Source: an uncultured bacterium (GTDB lineage: Bacteria > Hinthialibacterota > Hinthialibacteria > Hinthialibacterales > Hinthialibacteraceae). Taken from it: a DNA stretch of 33,345 nt. Under the pieces are notes generated by a model. The model saw only the letters and a program-made list of their open reading frames with translations. It was not told where the DNA came from and ran no database searches. Location of the stretch: contig CAYVAZ010000013.1 in assembly GCA_964449065.1 (NCBI GenBank), positions 1 to 33,345 on the forward strand, given 5' to 3'. Both the position numbers and the translations under genes were made by a program. Positions 9,025-17,291 of this stretch are shown piece by piece (position 1 is the first letter of the stretch; every line of letters starts with the position of its first letter).

Positions 9025-9972
9025 ATGAGACACACGTTATCTCTTTTGACTCTTTCCGCGTTCTTGAGCGCATGCTCATCAACAACAGTTATTACACCGG
9101 TCGGAAATTTTTCGTATGAACCCAGTGTGCTGCCGGTGGTGGGGCTGGAATCCTCCGGCGGTGGACTGGGCATGGGGGCAGGGGATCAGTTTTTGAAAGT
9201 AGGGTCGGATGTGTATGTGGAAACAGACCGCAACATCAAAAATTTGCATGTGGTCGCCGCGCAATTTTTGCCCAAACCAGTCAAGAAAGACGAAGTAAAC
9301 ACGATAGGCAAGCAGGTCAACTTTAGCGGCTGGATGACTGGCAGCCGCTTTATTCAAAACGCGACTTTGAATGAGTCTCTGTTGATGCCCAACGAAGCCG
9401 AATCGCTAACGCAGCAAAACGAACTGACACTGATGACAATGTGCGTCTATGGCGAAGCGCGTGGAGAAGAATATGAAGGCAAATTGGCAGTGGCTCAAGT
9501 GATTATGAACCGGGTGAAAGAAGGCGGGTGGTACGGCGGTTCCATCAAAGATGTCGTGTTAAAGCCGTATCAGTTTTCGTGTTTTAATACGTGGGATCCG
9601 AATTTAAAAAAAATGTTTGATCCAGACCTGTATCTTTGGAAACAATGCTTTAAAGCGGCGTGGAACGCGTATTCGGAAATTATGAATGATCCCACCCAGG
9701 GGGCGACCCATTATTGCACCTTTCAAGTGAACCCGCCGTGGATTCGGGCAATGCAGGAGACGGGACAGATTGGCAACCACCGGTTTTTCAAAACCTCAGA
9801 GAGCGCGCTGCTGGAATGGTGGATGCAGACGGCGCAGCGGCCTGGTCCTAAAAGACCAACGCATTCCGGTTTTGAATCGATGGTTGAATATTTGCGGATT
9901 TATTCGTTGATTGAGCCCAAGGCGCCAAAACCAAGACGCTATCAACCGCAAGCCTTAACCCGTTGGGGATGA
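9025..9972 (+). CDS. Lipoprotein with SleB/CwlJ-type cell wall hydrolase (Hydrolase_2) domain
   Basis: Lipobox LSA-C after a short hydrophobic stretch (ATG 9025, GAGG RBS); VYGEARGE...AVAQVIMNRV, PYQFSC, DPTQGATHY, IGNHRFF. Confidence 0.88.
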   Translation: MRHTLSLLTLSAFLSACSSTTVITPVGNFSYEPSVLPVVGLESSGGGLGMGAGDQFLKVGSDVYVETDRNIKNLHVVAAQFLPKPVKKDEVNTIGKQVNFSGWMTGSRFIQNATLNESLLMPNEAESLTQQNELTLMTMCVYGEARGEEYEGKLAVAQVIMNRVKEGGWYGGSIKDVVLKPYQFSCFNTWDPNLKKMFDPDLYLWKQCFKAAWNAYSEIMNDPTQGATHYCTFQVNPPWIRAMQETGQIGNHRFFKTSESALLEWWMQTAQRPGPKRPTHSGFESMVEYLRIYSLIEPKAPKPRRYQPQALTRWG

Positions 9973-10050
9973 CCCGTTACATGGAAGGTGACCAGCCGCA
10001 TGAGAAAGTAGATTGAACCTGCCATTTAGCCCTTTTGTAACAGAGGGATT

Positions 10051-10356
10051 CTAATCGCAGATGGAGGCGACGCGGGTCATGCCGCCGCCCTCGAGAGATT
10101 TACGCACCATATCTGTGACGCCAAAGAAACAGATGTTGTTTTTGCCCAGGCGGGCGCGTTCAAGAGCCGACAAAATGTTGGGGGTGGCGTCGTAGGCCAG
10201 GGCGACTAATTCGGCGCAGTTAAACGCGATTTTGGGCGGTTTGGTTTTGACAGCGGTTTGGATGGCTTCCGCAATTTCTTTTGAGTCTTCTTTCTTGATG
10301 ATCCCGCCTAAATGGATGATGACGGCATCGCCTTCATTTTCTATGTTGATTTGCAT
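10051..10356 (-). CDS. STAS domain protein (anti-sigma factor antagonist-like)
   Basis: MQINIENEGDAVIIHLGG... beta-strand start, about 101 aa STAS size and pattern; AAGGAGA RBS before ATG 10356. Confidence 0.75.
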   Translation of the reverse strand: MQINIENEGDAVIIHLGGIIKKEDSKEIAEAIQTAVKTKPPKIAFNCAELVALAYDATPNILSALERARLGKNNICFFGVTDMVRKSLEGGGMTRVASICD

Positions 10357-10373
10357 GACGTGTTCTCCTTGGT

Positions 10374-10434
10374 TGATACACCGTGAGTGATTGCGGATTT
10401 TATATCTCTTTAATAAACTGGTCACGGTGTGTCA
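10374..10434. repeat. 13-bp inverted repeat just upstream of the STAS gene RBS
   Basis: TGATACACCGTGA (10374-10386) and TCACGGTGTGTCA (10422-10434), 12/13 complementary. Confidence 0.7.
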
Positions 10435-10594
10435 TGACCAGGCAAAATATCCGCGTTTTTGACTAAGTGTCCGTAACAAATCCTGCCTAAAAATGAAGCG
10501 CGGTTTTCGTTCGTCATTGCTGACTTGGTATATTTTGATTGATTTTGCCATTGATTCAACCCAACACCGAATGGTGAAGGATAACGGAGATATT

Positions 10595-10747
10595 TTATTG
10601 TGTTTCAGATTTGAATAGCCCGTGAGCATTCGAGTTAAAGAGCCGGGTAGCATCGGCTTCCAGCCGATAAGTGTATGCGCATTTAGACCTCAACGCGAAC
10701 GTGAATTGCTCTGGTAGTTTGGCAATCGAAAAATGACGGCTAGTCAT
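10595..10747 (-). CDS. Possible 50-aa small protein (MTSRHFSIAKLPEQF...KSETQ)
   Basis: AGAGGAG SD (10757-10763) 9 nt before ATG 10747, open to TAA 10595. No recognisable family, and it runs through a REP. Confidence 0.22.
   Translation of the reverse strand: MTSRHFSIAKLPEQFTFALRSKCAYTYRLEADATRLFNSNAHGLFKSETQ
10647..10668 (+). repeat. REP element (GTAG class)
   Basis: GTAG-C-ATCGGCT-TCC-AGCCGAT: GTAG foot followed by a perfect 7-bp hairpin. Confidence 0.7.
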
Positions 10748-11112
10748 CAGTTGTTTCTCCTCTTAATAAAGAGAGATAACGATCGTTTTTGTTTCACCTA
10801 CTCTGTGACGCTCCAGCGGTTGTAATCTTTGCCGCGTTGGTTGTCTTCATTAGAGCCGAATCGGGCATACTCTCAGATTGGCGGCTATGCGGTGCCGCAT
10901 TTCCGCAGTCCCGTTATGATACTCAACTACAGCCGGATTTCAAAAAAGAAACCGGTAGTTACGGTTGCCACAATTTGTTTAACAAACAGTGTGGTATATT
11001 TTGATTGATACACGGTTCCGCAAATTCGGATAAAGCGATAATAACCGAAATCGAATTCCGTACACAATCGAACCGACATTCTCACAATGAAAATTTCCGA
11101 AAGGATGAAGAG

Positions 11113-13173
11113 ATGACAAACCGCCTTGCAAATGAAACCAGCCCTTATCTTTTGCAGCACAAAGACAACCCCGTCGATTGGTATCCATGGGGAAAAGAAG
11201 CGCTGCAAATGGCCAAAGAGGAGAACAAGCCGATTTTTCTTTCGGTGGGGTACTCCGCCTGCCATTGGTGCCATGTGATGGAACACGAGAGTTTTGAGAA
11301 CCCGGCCATCGCCGAAATTATGAACGAGCATTTCATCAACATTAAAGTCGACCGCGAAGAACGCCCGGATATCGACGAAATCTACATGAATGCCGTGCAG
11401 ATGCTGACCGGGCAGGGCGGCTGGCCGATGTCGGTATTTTTAACACCGGATTTAAAACCCTTTTACGGCGGCACCTATTTCCCGCCGCAGGATATGTATG
11501 GCCGTCCCGGGTTTGCGACCGTGCTTCATTCGATTGCCGATGCCTGGGGAAAGCGCCGTGAGGATATCGTTCATTCCGCCGATCAAATCACCGAACAAAT
11601 TCAGCATGCGTTTACCATCGCCGGCGAAGATAAAGATATCAATCTGGAAACCGTTGATATGGGTTGCCAGCAGGTGATGAGCCGGTTTGACAAATATTTT
11701 GGCGGGTTTGGCGGCGCTCCCAAGTTTCCGCATTCGATGGATATCTCGCTGCTTTTGCGCTACCACCACCGCACCGGCAATGAAGAAGCCCTTCATGCCG
11801 GCACATACAGTTTGGACAAGATGGCATACGGCGGCATTTACGATCAAGTGGGAGGCGGGTTTCACCGGTACGCGACCGACAACCGCTGGCTGATTCCTCA
11901 CTTTGAAAAGATGCTGTACGACAATGCCCTACTCGCCATCACGTATACGGAAGCGTACCAAATCACCAAAACCCCCTTGTATGAGAAGACTGTGCGGGAG
12001 ACGCTGAACTATGTCTTGCGCGAAATGACGTCACCGGATGGCGGTTTTTATTCGTCTCAAGATGCCGACAGCGAAGGCGAAGAAGGCAAGTTCTTTGTGT
12101 GGACACCAAAACAAATCATCGACGTGTTGGGCGAAGAGACCGGCCGGATTGTGAACACGTATTATGATGTTACGGAAAGCGGAAATTTTGAACACGGCGC
12201 CAGTGTGCTAAGTGTGCCGAAAGACGAAGAGACCGTCGCGAAGGAGTTCAACCTTTCGGTAGACGAACTCAAAAGGATCATGAATGAAGCGGATCAAAAA
12301 CTGTTTGAAACCCGTGAGCAGAGGGTTAAGCCGGGGCGCGATGAGAAAATTCTGACCGATTGGAACGGTTTAATGATCAGCGCGATGGCCTTTGCGGGGA
12401 ATGTTTTGCAAGAGCAAACGTATACCGATACCGCTGAAAGCGCTTGTAAATTCGCCATCAACACTTTATGGGACACGGAAACCAAACGCTTGTGGCACAC
12501 CACCAAAGAGGGAAAAACCCACACGAACGGTTTTTTAAGCGATTACGCCAATTTGGCCGCCGGAATGCTGGATACTTACGAAGCGGCGCAGGATCCTCAA
12601 TGGCTGGAATACGCCATTCAAATTACAGACGCGATGATTGAGAACTTTTGGGATAAAGAGAACGGAGGCTTTTTCTTCACCGGAAACAATCACGAAGAAT
12701 TGATCGCCCGAACAAAAGACCCAATGGATAATGCGTTGCCTTCCGGCAATTCCATCGCGGTGATGAACTTGCTTCGCCTCTCGGAAATGACCGGTAATCA
12801 AGCGTATCGGGAAAAAGCGCACCAAACTTTTGCGGCATTCAGTAACATGATATCGCAAATGCCTTCCGCGTTCGCGCAGATGCTGTCAGCCATGAACTTT
12901 CATTTATCCTCCCCGAAAGAAATTGTGCTCAGCGCGGAAGAAAGCGCGCATGTTCGGGATTTTCAATCCGCATTGTTTAACGCGTTTCTTCCCAACAAGG
13001 TTGTGATTTACAATACAGACAAACACCGGGAAACCCTTTCGGAATACACGGCGATTGCGGAAGGCAAAACACCGTTGAACGGCTCAGCGGCGGCGTATGT
13101 TTGCGAGAAGTTTTCCTGCAAACTGCCGGTGAGCAGTGTGAAAGAGATGAAAGAACAAATTGGCGTGACCTAA
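11113..13173 (+). CDS. YyaL/SPATA20-family protein (thioredoxin-like N-domain plus (a/a)6 barrel)
   Basis: [83 protein letters not shown]. The family N-terminus places the start at ATG 11113. Confidence 0.95.
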   Translation: MTNRLANETSPYLLQHKDNPVDWYPWGKEALQMAKEENKPIFLSVGYSACHWCHVMEHESFENPAIAEIMNEHFINIKVDREERPDIDEIYMNAVQMLTGQGGWPMSVFLTPDLKPFYGGTYFPPQDMYGRPGFATVLHSIADAWGKRREDIVHSADQITEQIQHAFTIAGEDKDINLETVDMGCQQVMSRFDKYFGGFGGAPKFPHSMDISLLLRYHHRTGNEEALHAGTYSLDKMAYGGIYDQVGGGFHRYATDNRWLIPHFEKMLYDNALLAITYTEAYQITKTPLYEKTVRETLNYVLREMTSPDGGFYSSQDADSEGEEGKFFVWTPKQIIDVLGEETGRIVNTYYDVTESGNFEHGASVLSVPKDEETVAKEFNLSVDELKRIMNEADQKLFETREQRVKPGRDEKILTDWNGLMISAMAFAGNVLQEQTYTDTAESACKFAINTLWDTETKRLWHTTKEGKTHTNGFLSDYANLAAGMLDTYEAAQDPQWLEYAIQITDAMIENFWDKENGGFFFTGNNHEELIARTKDPMDNALPSGNSIAVMNLLRLSEMTGNQAYREKAHQTFAAFSNMISQMPSAFAQMLSAMNFHLSSPKEIVLSAEESAHVRDFQSALFNAFLPNKVVIYNTDKHRETLSEYTAIAEGKTPLNGSAAAYVCEKFSCKLPVSSVKEMKEQIGVT

Positions 13174-13193
13174 CGGGAATCAAGCAATTGGCA

Positions 13194-13973
13194 TTATTGT
13201 TTGCTGGCATAGGCCATGCGGTTGGACGGTTTCGGTTTCTCTTCGAGTCCCGGCTCATCTTCCATGACATCCATGACTTCTTGGAGTTGTGAGACCACTT
13301 TGTTTAAGATTTCCAATTTATCTTTGCGGGAATCCAAGTGGTTCTGCAGTTGATCTACACTGTGAATCATGGCATGGTAGTTCAATTTGAGAATATCCTG
13401 AATATTTAACGAATCCTGTTTAATTACTTTTAACGCTTTGGCGAGAGTCAAAGCGTTTTGAGGATTTTGGTGTTCGATTTGCCGGTAATTCCGTTGGATA
13501 AAGTCTTGGACGAAAAGGATAAACAGATTGCCGACTTCATTTTCTTTTTGAAAGACCTGCTTTTGCAGAGTGATTTGACCGTTTTTGGAATGATAATATG
13601 CTTTGATTTGGTTGTGATGGATTTTCTCGTTAAACACGCCCTGCTCTACTAATTTTGCGATGGTCTTTTCCGCGGCGCTGGCTTCGACCGCTTTGCGTTC
13701 GGTGACATCTTGTTTAATAGCAAAAAACTTTGCGTACTTCTCTTGCTCTACGGGGCTGATTAATGCCGAGCCCGCTTCCACGATCCAGGTTAAATACATT
13801 TTGGCGCGTTTGATGGCATCTACCGTTGTTTTGTAGCGGGTTTCGCTTTGTTCTGTCAGCTCACTAAGAAGTTGAGTCCGTTCTTCCGCCGTGATTTTTA
13901 GCGCTTTATTTTTGATGGATTCATTCAGCTTATTTCGGATCGAATCGGAAAGCGTAGACATAATCATTTTCAC
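13194..13973 (-). CDS. Hypothetical, largely helical/coiled-coil protein
   Basis: 259-aa ORF filling the gap between convergent YyaL and mtnA; K/E/Q/L-rich with a heptad-like C-terminus; exact start uncertain (13973, 13967 or 13961). Confidence 0.75.
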   Translation of the reverse strand: MKMIMSTLSDSIRNKLNESIKNKALKITAEERTQLLSELTEQSETRYKTTVDAIKRAKMYLTWIVEAGSALISPVEQEKYAKFFAIKQDVTERKAVEASAAEKTIAKLVEQGVFNEKIHHNQIKAYYHSKNGQITLQKQVFQKENEVGNLFILFVQDFIQRNYRQIEHQNPQNALTLAKALKVIKQDSLNIQDILKLNYHAMIHSVDQLQNHLDSRKDKLEILNKVVSQLQEVMDVMEDEPGLEEKPKPSNRMAYASKQ

Positions 13974-14124
13974 ATTACGTTATTATTTTATGCATAATGA
14001 AATACACCATAGCATACATTATTCAATTTACAATAGAATGTTGAATGGAGGGCGCCTGTCATCTCTCTAAATAAAATGAGAGTGTTCCAAAGAAGCAATG
14101 GGATTGAAGCGTACATCCATTTAC

Positions 14125-14144
14125 CAGCTGGAAGCCGCTGCTCC
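14125..14144 (-). repeat. REP-like element (GGAG variant of the 10647 REP)
   Basis: Reverse complement GGAGCAGCGGCTTCCAGCTG shares the CGGCTTCCAGC core with 10647-10668. Confidence 0.55.
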
Positions 14145-14287
14145 CCGCTTATTCAACTCTGAAACATTGTAAAAGCAATTGGATTTTTTATACCAATTCT
14201 ATTTAGGATTGTTCAAAACGAAAACCGCCCCGTTTTTTTCGCTATGGCACATCGCCGCCTTTACTTTACAATCCATGACTAGCGGTG

Positions 14288-15331
14288 TTATTTTGAATCG
14301 AACAATTTTGCTAGATTTTCCTCATACGGAGGGTATACAATCCCTTTTTCAGTAATAAACCCGGTCACCAATTCGTTTGGAGTGACATCAAAGGCGGGGT
14401 TATATACATTTACCCCTTCCGGCGCGGTTTGGATGGATTGCCAATGCGTGACTTCATCCGGCTCCCGTTCTTCGATGGGAATGTCTTTGCCGGTTGGTGT
14501 GTTCTGATCAATCGTGGAAGTAGGCGCGGCAACGTAGAATGGTATTTGATGCGCTTTGGCGGCCAATGCAACGCTGTAAGTGCCGATTTTGTTGGCAACA
14601 TCGCCGTTTGCGGCAACCCGGTCCGTCCCCACAATGACCGCGTGAATCCAGCCTTTGGACATGACAGAAGCGGCCATGTTGTCGCAGATGAGGGTTACGG
14701 GAACGCCGGCTTCCATAAGTTCCAATGAAGTCAATCGTGCGCCCTGCAAAAGAGGACGGGTTTCATCGGCAAACACCTTGATCAATTTTCCTTGCTCTTT
14801 CGCCAGAAATACCGGGGCGGTTGCGGTTCCGTATTTGGCGGTAGCCAAGCCGCCGGCATTGCAATGCGTCAGAATGGTATCGTTGTCGTTCAAAAGTTCC
14901 GCGCCGTGTTCACCGATCTTTCGGCAGACTTCAATGTCTTCCGTCAGTATGGTGTTGGCTTCTTTGTAAATGGCCAGTTTAAGTTCCGGGATGGGCAATT
15001 CTTTGTTGGTTTGGATGACACCTTTCATACGGTCTAAGGCCCAGAACAGATTGACGGCGGTCGGGCGGGATGTGGCTAAATAATCCGCGGTTTTGGTGAC
15101 TTCATCCCAAAAGGCATCGAAGGATTGGGCTTGGGAATCTTTTACGCCAATGTACAAGCCGAAGGCGGCGGCGATGCCGATTGCCGGGGCCCCGCGAACC
15201 CGTAGTTTTTTAATTGCATCCCACATTTGCGCGACCGAAACGATGGTGAGGTATTCGATTTTGGTGGGCAGCAGGGTTTGATCGATCAATTGGATTGCCC
15301 CGTCTCCAACGCGAAATGTATCTAAAGCCAT
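14288..15331 (-). CDS. mtnA: S-methyl-5-thioribose-1-phosphate isomerase
   Basis: IDQTLLP, VRGAPAIG, SRPTAVNLFWA, LTHCNAGGLAT, DETRPLLQGARLT, GDVANKIGTY, NPAFDVTP. Confidence 0.97.
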   Translation of the reverse strand: MALDTFRVGDGAIQLIDQTLLPTKIEYLTIVSVAQMWDAIKKLRVRGAPAIGIAAAFGLYIGVKDSQAQSFDAFWDEVTKTADYLATSRPTAVNLFWALDRMKGVIQTNKELPIPELKLAIYKEANTILTEDIEVCRKIGEHGAELLNDNDTILTHCNAGGLATAKYGTATAPVFLAKEQGKLIKVFADETRPLLQGARLTSLELMEAGVPVTLICDNMAASVMSKGWIHAVIVGTDRVAANGDVANKIGTYSVALAAKAHQIPFYVAAPTSTIDQNTPTGKDIPIEEREPDEVTHWQSIQTAPEGVNVYNPAFDVTPNELVTGFITEKGIVYPPYEENLAKLFDSK

Positions 15332-15424
15332 GTTTTTTCCTTTCGATCTTCTATTGGTAAACGTGGGTTATTGTAGTTTGATATTCTTGCGGTTAAAGTT
15401 TTCCACAAAAGGGATCAATGTTGC

Positions 15425-16354
15425 ATGAACGCGAACACCCATACCATCCCATCTATTCACGCGCTCTACAGCCGCCGCGGATTGAATATCTGGCTGCAAA
15501 ACCGCGGCCTGAGAGCCACAAAAGCACTGGGACAAAATTTTTTAATTGACCGGCAAATTCTACACGCCATTTTGGACGCGATCGAGTTGCCCTCCAACGG
15601 AACCATCATCGAAATCGGTCCCGGCTTGGGGCATCTTACCTGGCAGTTGTTGGAGCGCGGTCTCAACGTTACCGCAATTGAATTGGACAACACCTTTATC
15701 TCATCGCTGACGGATCTGGACAAACTTCGCACAGCAGAATCATCGACTCAAACCCCATCCCTCAACATTATTCACCGGGACGCGTTGGACATTAACTATT
15801 CGGAATTAAAACAAGAGCGCAACGCGGATTGCGTCATCGGCAATTTGCCCTACAACATTTCGGTGCCGTTGCTGTTTGAATTGGCCATGACGAAGCCTGT
15901 ATGGAACGCCATTCATATCATGATTCAAAAGGAAGTGGGCGACCGTATTTTGGCGTCCCCCAGCACAAAAGATTACGGCCGATTATCCATTGTGTTGAAC
16001 TATCTGTGTGACGCGAAGCCCATACGGACGGTTAAGCCGGGAGCGTTTGTTCCACCGCCGAACGTGAGTTCGGTTTTTCTGTCCCTGTTTCCGAAAGCCG
16101 GTATTGACCGCGAATTTGTCACGCACTATTTGGAACGGCTTGTGATGCTGGGCTTTCGACACCGGCGAAAAAAACTGCGATCGCAATTGAAAAATACCAT
16201 TATTCAAGGCCGTTTCATAGAGGACTCGTTTATGAAACGGTTGGAAGAGCACTTTGATTTGGATTGTCGGGCGGAAGAATTCAGTGTGGGCGATTGGGTT
16301 CGCATGGCGGAATTCATTCGCGATCAACCGTCTGCATTCTCTGCCGACGCTTGA
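15425..16354 (+). CDS. rsmA: 16S rRNA (adenine1518/1519-N6)-dimethyltransferase
   Basis: KALGQNFL, IEIGPGLG, IELD, GNLPYNIS, MIQKEV, YGRLS, F.PPP.V.S, FRHRRKKL. Confidence 0.95.
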   Translation: MNANTHTIPSIHALYSRRGLNIWLQNRGLRATKALGQNFLIDRQILHAILDAIELPSNGTIIEIGPGLGHLTWQLLERGLNVTAIELDNTFISSLTDLDKLRTAESSTQTPSLNIIHRDALDINYSELKQERNADCVIGNLPYNISVPLLFELAMTKPVWNAIHIMIQKEVGDRILASPSTKDYGRLSIVLNYLCDAKPIRTVKPGAFVPPPNVSSVFLSLFPKAGIDREFVTHYLERLVMLGFRHRRKKLRSQLKNTIIQGRFIEDSFMKRLEEHFDLDCRAEEFSVGDWVRMAEFIRDQPSAFSADA

Positions 16355-16420
16355 TAAATCACCACGCGAAGATATGGTTTTAAACCGTATGACTTTAAAC
16401 GATGGGAGAGACTTCACCTC

Positions 16421-17266
16421 ATGGCCAAGCAGGAAATTTTACTGGGACACAGTCCGGATTCCGATGACGCGTTTATGTTTTATGCCTTAGCCGAAAACAA
16501 GATCGAAACGGGCGGTTTGGAGTTTAAACACACGCTGCAGGATATCGAAACGCTGAACAAACGCGCCGCCGCGGCAGAACTCGATTTAACCGCGATTTCC
16601 GTTCACGCCTATGCTTATGTTCATCACAATTATGCCTTGCTGACGGCAGGCGGAAGCATGGGTGACAACTATGGCCCGATGGTGGTTACGCGGGAACCGA
16701 TGGATATCGATACCTTAAAAACCAAAACCATCGCCGTGCCCGGCAAATGGACCTCCGCGTTTTTAGCCTTAAACCTGTGCATCGGGGAATTTCAGTTTGA
16801 TGTGGTTCCCTTCGATCAGATTATTCCAGCCGTTCTAGGCGGTCGTGTGGATGCCGGCCTCATTATTCACGAAGGCCAATTGATGTTTTCCGACCAGGGG
16901 CTGCACTGTGTGGTTGACTTGGGCAAATGGTGGAGTGGTGAAACCGGCGGACTCCCGCTCCCATTGGGTGCCAATGCCATTCGCAAAGGATTGGGTGAAG
17001 AGAAAATCAAGCAAATCGCTCCGATTATGAAACAGACGATTCAATACAGCCTGGATCACCGCGAAGAAGCCTTGCGGCACGCTATGCAGTACGCGCGTGA
17101 CTTGCCCAGCGATTTGGCCAACCGGTTTGTGGGAATGTATGTCAACGAGATGACCTTGGATTTGGGCGAAAAAGGAAGAGAATCGTACCGGCTGTTTTTA
17201 GACCGGGGATACGAAGCGGGAATCATTCCGCATAAAGTGGAATTGGAATTTGTGGATTGCAATTAA
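16421..17266 (+). CDS. mqnD: 1,4-dihydroxy-6-naphthoate synthase (MqnA/MqnD family), futalosine pathway
   Basis: LGHSPDSDDAFMFYAL, DIETLN, GSMG..YGP, PG..TSA.L, GLIIHEGQ, DLG.WW...LPLPLG, MYVNE. Confidence 0.92.
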   Translation: MAKQEILLGHSPDSDDAFMFYALAENKIETGGLEFKHTLQDIETLNKRAAAAELDLTAISVHAYAYVHHNYALLTAGGSMGDNYGPMVVTREPMDIDTLKTKTIAVPGKWTSAFLALNLCIGEFQFDVVPFDQIIPAVLGGRVDAGLIIHEGQLMFSDQGLHCVVDLGKWWSGETGGLPLPLGANAIRKGLGEEKIKQIAPIMKQTIQYSLDHREEALRHAMQYARDLPSDLANRFVGMYVNEMTLDLGEKGRESYRLFLDRGYEAGIIPHKVELEFVDCN

Positions 17267-17291
17267 TTTCAACCGAGGCACCGGAACCGGG

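Larger units (their letters stand above)
10526..11009 (+). repeat. Exact 18-bp direct repeat TGGTATATTTTGATTGAT
   Basis: Identical copies at 10526-10543 and 10992-11009. Confidence 0.85.

Noticed and set aside
10636..10670. TAAA...GCCGATAA as a plus-strand sigma28 promoter
   Set aside because: The spacer is 23 bp instead of 15, and GCCGAT is part of the REP hairpin.
10845..10920. SAM-I or glycine riboswitch resemblance (ATTAGAG...ACTCTCAG...GGTGCC..TTCCGCAG)
   Set aside because: It lacks the GCAAC/P3 and kink-turn elements of SAM-I and the full glycine aptamer core, and the downstream gene is not a typical target.
11005..11112. N-terminal extension of YyaL in the ORF track
   Set aside because: The family N-terminus (M.NRL..E.SPYL) starts at 11113.
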